A stretch of 64,000 nt of DNA from an uncultured bacterium (GCA_963780225.1 CAWAAX010000004.1:96001-160000); one strand, 5' to 3'. Shown: positions 10,298 through 20,887, counted from the stretch's first letter. Notes: generated by a model not told the origin, from the letters alone. Numbers and translations: made by a program.

Positions 10298-10471
10298 CAG
10301 GGCACATTTGGGACGCAGAGTAACACAGATTAAATTCCAATTTGCCACAAGAAGCACAAAAACCACAAACTTATTTTAAACTCAATTTGTGTTATTAGTA
10401 TTTTTCTCGGGCCAGGGAAGGATAATATAATCCCTGTCAATCAGTATCCAATAAAAATATCTAAAAAACCA

Positions 10472-10927
10472 ATGGCTTTGAAAAATAAAATAATCCTGGC
10501 GCTGGCGGTTGTCCTGCTGGTCGTGATAGGACTGACGATCTACAATAATTTCTTCAGCCCGCAGGCCAGGATCAAGTCCACCATGGAACGGACGGTCAAG
10601 TTGTTCCTTAAAAAGGACCGGGCCTTCATCATGTCCAACATCGATGAGGAGTTCAGCCAGGGCGCCATGACCAGGGCCAAGGCCGACACCGCGCTGGCAT
10701 TGTTCTTCATGGAATTTGAAAAGGTAAAAGTGGTGATGGATGACCAGAAGGTCCTGGTACAGGACGACACGGCGGTGGACACCATCAAGGTGATCGTGGT
10801 TGTCTCCCGGGGCGGGGAACAGGGATTTTTGCTGGGGTCGTTCGGGAACCCTTATCCCTTGGCGGTCAAGTTCAAGCATAAGGACAAGTGGAGGATAACC
10901 GGGGTCGAAGGTTTGCCTGGTCTTTAA
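10472..10927 (+). CDS. Hypothetical membrane-anchored protein, possibly NTF2-like fold
   Basis: N-terminal hydrophobic helix, host-like codon usage, C-terminal KWRITGVE typical of NTF2-like domains. Confidence 0.6.
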   Translation: MALKNKIILALAVVLLVVIGLTIYNNFFSPQARIKSTMERTVKLFLKKDRAFIMSNIDEEFSQGAMTRAKADTALALFFMEFEKVKVVMDDQKVLVQDDTAVDTIKVIVVVSRGGEQGFLLGSFGNPYPLAVKFKHKDKWRITGVEGLPGL

Positions 10928-11069
10928 AGGGTTTTAAGATCAAGGGTAGGCTGAGAGACACCGGATAAAGAAATGATTCGGTGTTTTTTGTTGGACCTCA
11001 CCCCTGCAGCCGACAGTCGTACGCTCGCCGTGGGTAAGCAAATAAAAAGCATGAGAAAAGGGATATGTA

Positions 11070-12164
11070 ATGAAGATAACTTTTCTTCCCAAGGATTTCA
11101 TGATCAATGCCTGCAGGAAGGTCAACTCGAATATTGAGTCTGACTTTTTAGTGCGGGCTGTGAAGATCAAGAATACGACACCAGATACTGTTGAGATAAG
11201 CAAAATAGTATTTGATATTAAGATTAAGGGCAAAATTGTAAAAAAGATGGTCTATACCTCAGGATGTCTGAAATCTCTGACAAAAAAGCTTGCGGAAAGA
11301 GTGGCTCGCATTAGCAGTTCCCCGGCTCAAATATCTCAACTAATCTTAGGGACTGAAAAATTATGGGACAATGAGAACATGTCCACTGAAACAATTTTAA
11401 AGCCAGGTCAGGAAACCGGCATTCTACAAGAACATTTTAGAATTCTTAATCAAAAACCTGTTGATGAATGTGTTGTGTCCGTATATTATCTCCAGGACGG
11501 TAAAGAGAAAAAGGCGGTTTCCAGGATCCCGATCGTTAAGTATGAGAATAAAAATAGATATATATTTCCGCTGAAGGGGGCCTGGTTGGCTATCAACAAT
11601 TACGATAATATTTATTTTCATCGCCAGTGGTATAGCCAGGAATTTGCCATGGACCTTATTCAGATAACCAATGATTTCAAGTTCTGTTCAAAAAAGAAGA
11701 TCGCCAACAAAGATTATCCAGGTTACGGAAAGAACATCCATGCTATAGCTGACGGCAAGGTGGCAGAGTGCTTTAACGGTATCCCAGAAAATCCCCCGGG
11801 ATTTGGTTCTCGTTTGGATAAACATGAATGGGGCAAGCTCAGAGAAAAATATGGGTTTGTTGCGGCGTTGACAGGCAATTATATAGTACTTAAGCATAAC
11901 GGGAATGAATATTCTTTTTATGGGCATATCATACCCGGAAGCTTAAAGGTAAAAAAAGGCCAGACAATAAAACAAGGGCAAATTATCGGACGATTGGGTA
12001 ACTCAGGCAATTCCGATGCCCCGCATCTTCACTTTCAGTTAATGAATGGGCCAAGCATATTGACTGGCCGGGGGTTGCCTTGCCGGTTCAATAATTTGAA
12101 GGACATTTGTGGAGAACTGGTGCCTTTCATCGAGGAAAACAATTCAATGGTGCATGCCGGATAG
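11070..12164 (+). CDS. M23 family metallopeptidase
   Basis: QEFAMD, IHAIADGKV, GNYIVLKH...YSFYGH, GQIIGRLGNSGNSDAPHLHFQL. AT-richer than flanks. Confidence 0.85.
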   Translation: MKITFLPKDFMINACRKVNSNIESDFLVRAVKIKNTTPDTVEISKIVFDIKIKGKIVKKMVYTSGCLKSLTKKLAERVARISSSPAQISQLILGTEKLWDNENMSTETILKPGQETGILQEHFRILNQKPVDECVVSVYYLQDGKEKKAVSRIPIVKYENKNRYIFPLKGAWLAINNYDNIYFHRQWYSQEFAMDLIQITNDFKFCSKKKIANKDYPGYGKNIHAIADGKVAECFNGIPENPPGFGSRLDKHEWGKLREKYGFVAALTGNYIVLKHNGNEYSFYGHIIPGSLKVKKGQTIKQGQIIGRLGNSGNSDAPHLHFQLMNGPSILTGRGLPCRFNNLKDICGELVPFIEENNSMVHAG

Positions 12165-12256
12165 TATCTTGGGAAAGCACTCTTCCCAACAAGTTATCCA
12201 TCAGAGGCGGGGAAAGTACTTAGAGGAAAAGTATTCAATTATCAACGAGACAATTC

Positions 12257-12604
12257 ATGGAACATCAAATGCGGTTGCTGCCAGAGCTTTTTGAGGAGAT
12301 GAGGTCTGGTAGAAAAGTCATAGAGATCCGTTTGAATGACGAAAAACGGCAAAAGTTAAAGGTCGGCGATACGATAATTTTCTACAAACTGCCGGAGGGC
12401 AGGGAAAAATTGAGCGTAAGGGTGCTGGAGCTGCTGCATTACAAGGATTTTAAAAGTCTTTACCAGAATTTTCCTTTTCACCAATTGGGCTGCAGCGGGA
12501 AAACTATGGAATGGATGATGGAAAATACTTATAAGATATATACCCGGGAACAGGAAGAAAAGTACGGAGCATTGGGGATCAGGATAGAGTTGTTGTCAGC
12601 ATAA
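12257..12604 (+). CDS. ASCH domain-containing protein
   Basis: FEEMRSGRKVIEIRLNDEKRQKLKVGDTIIF (GxKxxExR ASCH motif). Confidence 0.85.
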   Translation: MEHQMRLLPELFEEMRSGRKVIEIRLNDEKRQKLKVGDTIIFYKLPEGREKLSVRVLELLHYKDFKSLYQNFPFHQLGCSGKTMEWMMENTYKIYTREQEEKYGALGIRIELLSA

Positions 12605-12623
12605 ATACAGCAGAATTATAAAC

Positions 12624-13397
12624 ATGGCGTTTCCAAATCTAAAAAATAAGCACGCCCAGGAAGCGATGTTTGCCCCCCGTGACTTCATTGCCTATCAAAA
12701 AAAGAGGGGAAGGGGGACAAGTTTCAAAATACCGGACGGGATCATCCTTTGCTACCAGCCGGGCTTGATGAAACACATCCTGGAAAATCACAAGGCCACC
12801 AAGACCGATGAAATGTGCCGGGGCATGCTTTTACTGGATGAGACCGGCGGCCAGGTGGCCGTGATCGGCGGTTTTGGGTTTGGCGCTCCGGCGGCAGTGA
12901 CGCGGGTGGAAGAATTGATAGCTTGGGGCGTTAAAAAGTTCATCTCCATTGGCACCGCCGGAACTTTGCAGAAGGACATCAGGATCGGCGACCTAATCGT
13001 TTGCGACAGGGCCATCAGGGACGAGGGGACGTCATACCATTACCTGAAGCCGGCAAAATATTCCTGCGCTTCCAGGAAGCTGACTTCAAAGATAAAAAAG
13101 ACGCTGGATGGACTTAAATTCAAATATACCACCGGGACCAGCTGGACTATTGATGCTCCTTACCGGGAAACGGTGGCCGAGGCCGGGCAGTATCAGAAAG
13201 AAGGGGTGGCCACGGTGGAGATGGAGGCCTCCGCCTTGTTCGCGGTGGCGCAATACCGCAAGGTGGAATTGAGCGCCTTATTCACCATCAGCGATTCTTT
13301 GGCCGAAATGCAATGGAAGCCGAAGTTTCATTTAAAAAAGACCGACAAGGGTTTGGAGACGATATACAAGGTGGCTTTAACGGCGTTACTTGATTAG
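12624..13397 (+). CDS. Nucleoside phosphorylase (PNP/UDP-1 family)
   Basis: GFGAPAA, ISIGTAGTL, AIRDEGTSYHY, SWTIDAPYRET, VEMEASALF. Confidence 0.85.
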   Translation: MAFPNLKNKHAQEAMFAPRDFIAYQKKRGRGTSFKIPDGIILCYQPGLMKHILENHKATKTDEMCRGMLLLDETGGQVAVIGGFGFGAPAAVTRVEELIAWGVKKFISIGTAGTLQKDIRIGDLIVCDRAIRDEGTSYHYLKPAKYSCASRKLTSKIKKTLDGLKFKYTTGTSWTIDAPYRETVAEAGQYQKEGVATVEMEASALFAVAQYRKVELSALFTISDSLAEMQWKPKFHLKKTDKGLETIYKVALTALLD

Positions 13398-13431
13398 TTG
13401 AATGAGAAAACAATTTAAAAGGATTAAATAA

Positions 13432-14904
13432 ATGTCCGAACATTTTGAACAGGTGCCGGAGCGGGCCGAGCGGCTCCACAAGCTGGAAGAACTCCGCAAA
13501 CTGGGGATCAACCCCTATCCCGCCAAATACCAGGCCACCCATACCGCCGCCCAGATACTTAAGGACGCCGAGCAGTTCATCGTTTCCCAGGAAATGATGG
13601 ACATCGCCGGACGGATCACCGCTGTGCGGGGGCACGGCAAAGCCTCGTTCTTCCAGCTGTCCGACCCCAGCGGCAAGATCCAGTGCTACGCCAAGCTGGA
13701 CATAGTCGGGGCCGAAGCCTACCAGGCCTTCAAACTTTACGACATCGGCGACTTCGTCGGCGTTAAGGGCCCGGTGTTCAAGACCCACACCGGAGAGTTC
13801 ACCGTCCAGGCCCAGAAGCTGACCCTGCTGTCCAAGTCGCTGCTGCCCCTGCCGGAAAAATACCACGGCCTGCAGAACGTAGACACCCGGTTCCGCAAGC
13901 GCTACCTGGACCTGATCGCCAACCCCGAGGTCAAGGAGCTGTTCGTCAAAAGGACGAAGTTCGTCAAATCCCTGCGGGATTTCCTGGATTCCAAGGGCTT
14001 CATGGAGGTGGAGACCCCGGTGATGGAGCTGGTCCCCGGCGGAGCCGACGCCCAGCCCTTCATCACCCACCACAATACTTTGGACCTGGACCTTTTCCTG
14101 CGGATCTCGCTGGAGCTGCACCTGAAGCGCCTGATCGTGGGCGGATACGAGAAGGTCTACGAGATCGGGCGGGTGTTCCGCAACGAGGGGATGAGCACCC
14201 AGCACCTGCAGGAGTTCACCTTAATGGAATTCTACTGGGCCTATGTGGATTACCAGACGCTGATGGACTTCACCGAGGAGATGTACTGCCACATTGTCAA
14301 GGAAACCTTCGGGACCCTGGAGATAAAGTACCAGGACCAGATCCTGAATTTCAACCGTCCCTGGCCCCGCTACGATTACCGCCAGCTGCTGATAGACAAG
14401 GCCGGAATAGACCTGGACAAATTCCCCACCGCCGAATCACTGAAGCCCGAACTGGAGAAGCACGGCATCAAGCCCGATCCCAAGCTGGGCCGGGGCCGGC
14501 TGATAGACCAGCTCTACAAGAAGATGATCCGGCCCAACCTGGTCCAGCCCTGCTTCCTGATAGACCATCCTTTGGACATCTCGCCTTTGGCCAAGAAGCA
14601 CGCCGACCGGCCAAATTACACCCAGCGCTTTCAGCCCATCTTCGCCGGGGCCGAGATCGGCAACGCCTTTTCGGAACTTAACGATCCGCTGGACCAGAGA
14701 TCACGGTTCGAGGAACAGTCCCGGCTCCGGGAAAAGGGCGACGCCGAGGCCCAGATGTACGACGCCGATTTCGTGGAAGCCTTGGAGCACGGCATGCCGC
14801 CCTGCGGCGGGTTCGGGGTGGGGATAGACCGGTTCTTTGCCATCGTCAGCAACTCGGAGACGGTGCGCGAGGTGGTGTTCTTCCCGACCATGAAACCGGA
14901 GTGA
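13432..14904 (+). CDS. lysS: Lysine--tRNA ligase (class II)
   Basis: OB-fold, LPEKYHGL, RYLDLI, YEIGRVFRNEG, NAFSELNDP, GMPPCGGFGVGIDR. Confidence 0.97.
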   Translation: MSEHFEQVPERAERLHKLEELRKLGINPYPAKYQATHTAAQILKDAEQFIVSQEMMDIAGRITAVRGHGKASFFQLSDPSGKIQCYAKLDIVGAEAYQAFKLYDIGDFVGVKGPVFKTHTGEFTVQAQKLTLLSKSLLPLPEKYHGLQNVDTRFRKRYLDLIANPEVKELFVKRTKFVKSLRDFLDSKGFMEVETPVMELVPGGADAQPFITHHNTLDLDLFLRISLELHLKRLIVGGYEKVYEIGRVFRNEGMSTQHLQEFTLMEFYWAYVDYQTLMDFTEEMYCHIVKETFGTLEIKYQDQILNFNRPWPRYDYRQLLIDKAGIDLDKFPTAESLKPELEKHGIKPDPKLGRGRLIDQLYKKMIRPNLVQPCFLIDHPLDISPLAKKHADRPNYTQRFQPIFAGAEIGNAFSELNDPLDQRSRFEEQSRLREKGDAEAQMYDADFVEALEHGMPPCGGFGVGIDRFFAIVSNSETVREVVFFPTMKPE

Positions 14905-14908
14905 CCCG

Positions 14909-14950
14909 AACAATTAACAATTCACAGTTTACAATTTACAGTTTACAGTC
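14909..14950. repeat. Intergenic heptamer tandem repeat (6 units); reverse-complement relative of the 3185-3226 array
   Basis: aacaatt-aacaatt-cacagtt-tacaatt-tacagtt-tacagtc. Confidence 0.8.
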
Positions 14951-14956
14951 GGTTAA

Positions 14957-16186
14957 ATGTCCTACGAATTTTTCATAGCCAAAAGATATTTCAAGGCCAA
15001 ACGGCGGACCGGGTTCATCTCGGTGATGAGCGTCCTTTCCTTTGCCGGGGTGACGGTGGGCGTGGCCGCCCTGTTGACGGTGCTTTCGGTGATGAACGGA
15101 GCCCAGACCGAACTGCGCAACAAGATCCTGGGCACCACCGCCCACGTGATAGTGCTGAAATACCAGAACCAACCCATCACCGGATACCGGGAGCTGGTTC
15201 CCCAGATCAACGCCCTGCCCGAGGTGATAAGCAGTTCGCCCTTCATCTACACCAAGTGCATGGTGGCCAAAAGGGACAAGGTGGACGGGCTGGTGCTGCG
15301 GGGGGTGGATCCGGAGCTGGAGCACGGGGTCACCGACATTTCCCGGAACATGGTGGCCGGGGAGCTGAAGTTTGACACCATGTACGCCGGCCTGCCGGGG
15401 ATCATCCTGGGGCTGGACCTGGCCGACCGGCTGGGGGCCTACCTGGGCGACACCCTGACAGTAACCTCGTCCCAGTCGATGAAGCAGACCCCCTTTGGGC
15501 TGATCCCCAAGACCAGGCGCTTCATTTTGACAGGGATCTTTGACGCCGGGATGTACGAGTACAACTCCACCCTGGGATACATCGGGCTGGACCAGGCCCA
15601 GAGTTTTTTGGAGATGGGCCCGGCTGTCACCGGGATAGAGGTAAGGATAAAGGACATCTACCAGGCCCCGGAGGTCGGCAAGAAGATCACCACACTGCTG
15701 GGTCCGCAATACCGTTATAATGACTGGATACACCTGAATTGGAGTTTGTTCTCGGCCCTGAAGCTGGAGAAGACGGCCATGTTCCTGATCCTGGCCCTGA
15801 TCATCATCGTGGCGGCCCTGAACATCATCAGCAGTCTGATCATGACCGTGATCGAGAAGACCCGGGAGATCGGGATACTTAAATCCATGGGGGCCACCTC
15901 CAAAAGCATCATGAAGATATTCATGTTCCAGGGGCTGCTGGTGGGCGGCATCGGAACGGCGCTGGGAATGGGGCTGGGATATGCGCTGTGCCTGCTTTTG
16001 GCCAGATACCAGTTCGTGACCCTGCCGGCCGACGTTTATTTCATCAACAAGCTGCCGGTGCAGATGCAGGCCGGGGACTTTGTCCTGGTCTCGGTTTCCA
16101 CCATACTGATAACTTTCCTGGCGGCCCTTTATCCGGCTTACAAAGCCTCGCGGCTGGATCCGATCGAGGCGATAAGGTACGAATGA
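14957..16186 (+). CDS. lolE: Lipoprotein-releasing ABC transporter permease LolC/E
   Basis: FIAKRYF, LSVMNG, VAALNIISSLIMTVIEKTREIGILKSMG, YPAYKASRLDPIEAIRYE. Confidence 0.9.
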   Translation: MSYEFFIAKRYFKAKRRTGFISVMSVLSFAGVTVGVAALLTVLSVMNGAQTELRNKILGTTAHVIVLKYQNQPITGYRELVPQINALPEVISSSPFIYTKCMVAKRDKVDGLVLRGVDPELEHGVTDISRNMVAGELKFDTMYAGLPGIILGLDLADRLGAYLGDTLTVTSSQSMKQTPFGLIPKTRRFILTGIFDAGMYEYNSTLGYIGLDQAQSFLEMGPAVTGIEVRIKDIYQAPEVGKKITTLLGPQYRYNDWIHLNWSLFSALKLEKTAMFLILALIIIVAALNIISSLIMTVIEKTREIGILKSMGATSKSIMKIFMFQGLLVGGIGTALGMGLGYALCLLLARYQFVTLPADVYFINKLPVQMQAGDFVLVSVSTILITFLAALYPAYKASRLDPIEAIRYE

Positions 16187-16302
16187 AACTGAAAAACAAC
16201 CCTTCGACAAGCTCAGGGTAAAAAGCAGAAATCAGAAGGCAAAATAATAATCCTTTGAAAAATTCAGGACTAGAAGGCAAAATGCATATATCAAATATTA
16301 AA

Positions 16303-17350
16303 ATGCCGAATCCCAAATACCAAATTATACTTGTTGCAACGATTTTCTTCGGGCTATTTTCCTCTGTCCATGCCGCGCTGAACCAGGAATATCTGCTGGG
16401 CGAGAAGATTGACACGGGCCAAGATCATAGTCTACAGCACCGTCGGGCAGATCCGGCCTATAGCCGCCAAGGTCAAAGCCAAGTCCCGGGACAGCGTGAT
16501 CACCAGCGATTACCTGTATAAGGTGGAATACGAGAAATCCATCAAAGGCCCATTAAATCCCAAGGCCAAGGACAGGGCCATTTACATCCTGCAGACCGAT
16601 GAGTATAAAAGCGACAAGCGCATTTTGACCGAAGGTCAAAAGGTTTTGCTCTTCTTGTCGCCAACCACTGCACCCGCAAGCTATCTGTCTAAGAATATGA
16701 TCAGCCCCAGAACCTGTTACGGCCTTTTCGGCGGAAAGCAGGGGGCGGTGGTTCTGTCCGAGACCGATCTGCCGATCTATACCAAGGCTATTGGCGGTTA
16801 TATGGATGCCAAAAAGGCCAAACCCAAACAGCGCCCGGCCAAATGGGCGGCCCTGCTGGGGCAGGAACCGGCCGGGATCAGGGAGAGCGCGTTGTCGGAA
16901 CTTTTGGGAACGGTCTATTATCCGGCCGAGCCGGCCCTGATCAGGATACTGGGAGATTCCAACCTTTCCTCGCTGGCCTTCCAGAATCTGCAGAACTATT
17001 CCCCGGATTCCCTGTCCCTGCATCTGGACAGCCTGATGGTTCACAAGAAATCCAAGGCCCGGATAGTGAAGATCAATCTCCTGAAGGTCATCGCCCCCAT
17101 CCGCCAGGAACAGGTTTTCAAGCACCTGCTGAAATCGCTGAAGGACGATGATTTCGAGATCCGGGCCTGCGCCGCCCGGGGCCTGGACGGCTGGAACGAC
17201 AAGAAGGCGGTGAAATCCCTGAAGAAAGCTCTGGAGGACGAGGATGATTACGTGCGCCTGGCGGCCTGCGAGGCCTTGCTGAAGCAGGGTTTTAAGATAG
17301 AGAAGAAAGAGGGCGGGAGGTACAAGATAACCGGGGAGCCCCAAAAGTAA
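16303..17350 (+). CDS. Exported HEAT-repeat protein, apparently frameshifted near 16414
   Basis: Signal-peptide ORF (MPNPKYQIILVATIFFGLFSSVHA) joins ORF 16409-17350 if one base is removed. HEAT repeats LKDDDFEIRACAARGL and LEDEDDYVRLAACEAL. Confidence 0.65.
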
Positions 17351-17434
17351 CCTCTCCCTTTTATCCCTCCCCTGGGAGGGGAGGGAAGACTGTGACCTCT
17401 CCCCTTCCAGGGGAGAGGCAGGAGAGAGGTCAAA
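17350..17434. repeat. REP-like compound palindrome (CCTCTCCCCT...AGGGGAGAGG family)
   Basis: Two 10-bp hairpins (17364-17386, 17396-17418) inside an outer ACCTCTC/GAGAGGT inverted repeat. Confidence 0.8.
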
Positions 17435-17459
17435 ATGATATCACGCATTACCCCTTGCT

Positions 17460-17843
17460 ATGCCAATTAAACCTAAACAAAGCGTAACCCGTTTTCAGAG
17501 AGTGAACCCGGAAAAACTGGCCCTGGCCAAGGCGATGCGCCGCAATATGACCTTGGCCGAACGCTGTTTTTGGAATGCAGTAAGGGCCAACAAGATCGAT
17601 GGCATGCATTTTCACCGTCAGCAGGTCATAGATGGATTCATTGCCGACTTTTATTGCGGCGACCAGAGACTGGTGGTGGAGATAGACGGCGGGATCCATG
17701 AAACTCAGAAAGATAACGACAATAAGAGAGAAATGGCTTTAAAGAAAAACGGATTGAGGATCATACGGTTCTCAAACCAAGAAGTGATCAACAACATTGG
17801 TCTGGTCCTTCAAAAATTGAAAAATTATGTCAGGGAAATATAA
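17460..17843 (+). CDS. DUF559 (Vsr-like PD-(D/E)XK) endonuclease domain protein
   Basis: AKAMRRNMTLAERCFW, FHRQQVIDGFIADFYC, LVVEIDGGIH, GLRIIRFSNQEV. Confidence 0.9.
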   Translation: MPIKPKQSVTRFQRVNPEKLALAKAMRRNMTLAERCFWNAVRANKIDGMHFHRQQVIDGFIADFYCGDQRLVVEIDGGIHETQKDNDNKREMALKKNGLRIIRFSNQEVINNIGLVLQKLKNYVREI

Positions 17844-17863
17844 ACCAGGCAACGGGCATTATT

Positions 17864-18051
17864 TTATCCGCCTACGCAGAACACCACCCCGATTTATCGG
17901 GGTGGATGAATGCGATAGAAAAGATGCTTCCACCTGCGCTTACGCTTCGGCGGACAGGTCGGCGGATGTCGCCGACAACATAAAGCGGATAACCCAGCCC
18001 ACGGCGGGGTAACTTAGGTCTTGGTACCACGGGCTATGCCCGTGGGGCTCC
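17864..18051. repeat. Cluster of palindromic repeats, some resembling IS200/IS605-type ends
   Basis: ccaccccgat-tt-atcggggtgg (17884-17905), ccacgggc-tat-gcccgtgg (~18027-18045), outer ttatccgc/gcggataa. Confidence 0.6.
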
Positions 18052-18089
18052 ATAAACAAAAATCTTTAATATAAACGTAATTGGAACAC

Positions 18090-19934
18090 ATGTCAAACAA
18101 CACTGAAAAAATGATCCGGAACATAGCCATCATCGCCCACGTGGACCACGGCAAGACCACCCTGGTGGACGCCCTGCTCCGGCAGAGCGGCACATTCCGA
18201 GACAACGAAGAAGTGCCGGAACTGGTAATGGACTCCAACCCCCTGGAACGGGAGCGGGGGATCACCATCTTCTCCAAGAACGCCTCCATCCATTACCGGG
18301 GCTACAAGATCAACATCGTGGACACGCCGGGCCACGCCGATTTCGGCTCCGAGGTGGAGCGGGTGCTCTCGATGGTGGACGGCGTGCTGCTGCTGGTGGA
18401 TGCGGTGGACGGCCCCATGCCCCAGACCCGCTTTGTGCTCTCCAAATCGCTGAAGCTCCATTTAAAGCCCATCGTGGTGATCAACAAGGTGGACCGGGCC
18501 GAGGCCCGGCCCCACTGGGCGCTGGACCAGATCTTCGACCTGTTCGTTTCGCTGGACGCCACCGACGAGCAGCTGGATTTCCCGGTGGTCTATTCCTCGG
18601 GCAAGAACGGCACCGCCACCAACGACCTGCAGCATCCCCAGCAGAACATCCTGCCGCTTTTAGACACCATTGTGGACAAGGTGCCGGAGCCCGAGGGCAA
18701 CCCCGGCGAGCCCTTCCAGATGCTGGTGACCTCCATCGACTACAACGACTACGTGGGCCGGATGGCCATCGGCCGCATCCTGCACGGCTCCATCAAAGTG
18801 ACGGGTAAGGTTTCCCGGATCAGGCGCGACGGCAGCATCGAGACCGGCAAGATCACCAAGCTCTACGGCTTTGAGGGACTGAAGCGGATCGAGATCCAGG
18901 AGGCCGGCTCCGGCGACATCGTGGCCATGGCCGGTTTCGAGGACGTGGACATCGGCGAGACCATCGCCGACCCCGAGAAGCCCGAGGCTTTGCACTATGT
19001 GGACATTGACCTGCCCACCATCGCCATGCTGTTCTCGGTGAACACCAGCCCCTTTGCCGGGCAGGAGGGCCAGTACGTGACCTCCCGCCAGCTGCGGGAC
19101 AGGCTGTACCGGGAGCTGAAGGCCAACGTGGGGCTTAAGGTGGACGACACCGGCTCCCCGGATTCGCTGAAGGTCTCGGGACGGGGCGAACTGCACCTTT
19201 CCATTCTGATCGAGACCATGCGGCGGGAGGGCTACGAACTGGCGGTCTCCCGGCCCGAGGTGATCATGCGGGAGATCGAGGGCAAGCTGTGCGAGCCCTT
19301 TGAATACCTGGTGATAGACGTGGACGACGCCTATGTGGGCCCGGTGATGGAGCGGCTGGGCGGGCGCAAGGCCGAGATGCAGAACATGAAGGCCGACGGC
19401 AAGGGCCGCACCCGGCTGGAATTCATCATACCGGCCAGGGGCCTGATAGGCTTCAGGGGCCAGTTCCTGACCGACACCCGGGGCACCGGGATCATGCACC
19501 ACAATTTCGAAAGCTACCAGCCCTACAAGGGAGAGATCAACACCACCCAGAACGGGGTGCTGGTGGCCATGGAGACCGGGGTGGCCGCCTCCTATTCGCT
19601 GGACGGCATCCAGGAGCGGGGGATGATGTTCGTGGGGCCGGGCGACAGGGTCTACGAGGGCATGATAGTGGGCGAACGGCCCAAGGAGAACGACCTGGTG
19701 GTCAACCTGACCAAGGCCAAGAAGCTGGGCAACCAGCGGTCCTCCGGCTCGGAGGATGCCATCCGGCTGACCCCGCCCAAGATCATGACCCTGGAGGAGG
19801 CGCTGGAGTTCATCGCCGACGACGAGCTGGTGGAGGTGACCCCCAAGTCCATCCGGCTGCGCAAGAAGATCCTTTCGGACATTGACCGCAGAAGGTCGCG
19901 GCGGGTGAAGCCCGGAGCCGAGAACGAGGAGTAG
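18090..19934 (+). CDS. typA: Translational GTPase TypA/BipA
   Basis: [68 protein letters not shown]. Confidence 0.97.
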   Translation: MSNNTEKMIRNIAIIAHVDHGKTTLVDALLRQSGTFRDNEEVPELVMDSNPLERERGITIFSKNASIHYRGYKINIVDTPGHADFGSEVERVLSMVDGVLLLVDAVDGPMPQTRFVLSKSLKLHLKPIVVINKVDRAEARPHWALDQIFDLFVSLDATDEQLDFPVVYSSGKNGTATNDLQHPQQNILPLLDTIVDKVPEPEGNPGEPFQMLVTSIDYNDYVGRMAIGRILHGSIKVTGKVSRIRRDGSIETGKITKLYGFEGLKRIEIQEAGSGDIVAMAGFEDVDIGETIADPEKPEALHYVDIDLPTIAMLFSVNTSPFAGQEGQYVTSRQLRDRLYRELKANVGLKVDDTGSPDSLKVSGRGELHLSILIETMRREGYELAVSRPEVIMREIEGKLCEPFEYLVIDVDDAYVGPVMERLGGRKAEMQNMKADGKGRTRLEFIIPARGLIGFRGQFLTDTRGTGIMHHNFESYQPYKGEINTTQNGVLVAMETGVAASYSLDGIQERGMMFVGPGDRVYEGMIVGERPKENDLVVNLTKAKKLGNQRSSGSEDAIRLTPPKIMTLEEALEFIADDELVEVTPKSIRLRKKILSDIDRRRSRRVKPGAENEE

Positions 19935-19964
19935 ATCCTCCAGAACTTTCACGAAAGAGACTTT

Positions 19965-20825
19965 ATGAGCATCACCAAAAAGAACGTGGCCTGGATGACA
20001 CTGACCGGAGGCCTGGTCATCTTCGTGCTGAAGCTGGCGGCCTATTATCTCTCGGGCTCGGTGGCCCTGCTTTCCGACGCCTTGGAATCCATCGTAAATC
20101 TGTTGGCTTCGGGGCTGATGATCTACGCCGTCTACCTTTCCGAGGAACCGGCCGACCGCACCCACAATTACGGACATCAGAAAGTGGAGAACATCTCCAG
20201 CCTGATCGAAGGGATACTGATCCTGGTGGCCGCGGTGATGATAGCCGAAAAAGCGGTGGGCCGGCTGATAAGGCCGGCGGCGCTGACCAATGTCAATGTG
20301 GCGCTGATGATCTCCCTGGCCGCCACCTCCCTGAACGGCCTGCTTTCCTGGCTGCTGCTGCGGACCGCCCGCAAGTTCGGGTCCCTGGCCCTGGAGGGGG
20401 ATTCCAAGCACCTGCTTTCCGACGTGCTGTCCTCGGTGGCGGTGGTGGTGGGTCTGGCGGTGGCAAAACTTACCGGCTGGTATTTCCTGGATTCGGTCCT
20501 GGCCCTGGCCGTGTCCGGCCTGCTGATCAAGATGGCCATCGAACTGATGAAAAAATCCTCCACCGGACTGATGGACCAGTCCTGCCCGGAGGAGGAGGCC
20601 CGGATCATCGAGGTCTTGAAGCGGCACGACCAGCTGTTCGTGGACTTCCACGACATCAAGACCAGGCGCAGCGGCAACCGGGTCTTTGCCGAGTTCCACC
20701 TTTCGGTGAAGGGCGATAAAACGGTGGAGGAGGCCCATAACCTGACGGACCATCTGGAGGAAGAACTGGGCCAGGAGCTGCCCGAGGTCAGCCTGACCAT
20801 CCATGTGGAGCCGCCCCAGCACTAA
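19965..20825 (+). CDS. Cation diffusion facilitator (FieF-like) transporter
   Basis: SGSVALLSDALES, PADRTHNYGHQKVE, DSKHLLSD, C-terminal IHVEP. Confidence 0.9.
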   Translation: MSITKKNVAWMTLTGGLVIFVLKLAAYYLSGSVALLSDALESIVNLLASGLMIYAVYLSEEPADRTHNYGHQKVENISSLIEGILILVAAVMIAEKAVGRLIRPAALTNVNVALMISLAATSLNGLLSWLLLRTARKFGSLALEGDSKHLLSDVLSSVAVVVGLAVAKLTGWYFLDSVLALAVSGLLIKMAIELMKKSSTGLMDQSCPEEEARIIEVLKRHDQLFVDFHDIKTRRSGNRVFAEFHLSVKGDKTVEEAHNLTDHLEEELGQELPEVSLTIHVEPPQH

Positions 20826-20829
20826 TAAA

Positions 20830-20887
20830 GTAAGGGCAGGTTTTAAACCTGCCCCAACAGAAAGCAAGGACATGGCATGCCATGTCC
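20830..20887. repeat. Two REP-like palindromes
   Basis: GTAAGGGCAGGTTTTAAACCTGCCCCAAC (20830-20858) and the perfect 20-mer GGACATGGCATGCCATGTCC (20868-20887). Confidence 0.8.

Noticed and set aside
10995..11040. ctgcagccgac motif reminiscent of an integron attC site before the M23 gene
   Set aside because: No matching RYYYAAC/GTTRRRY core pair, no repetition between the following genes and no integrase in the window.
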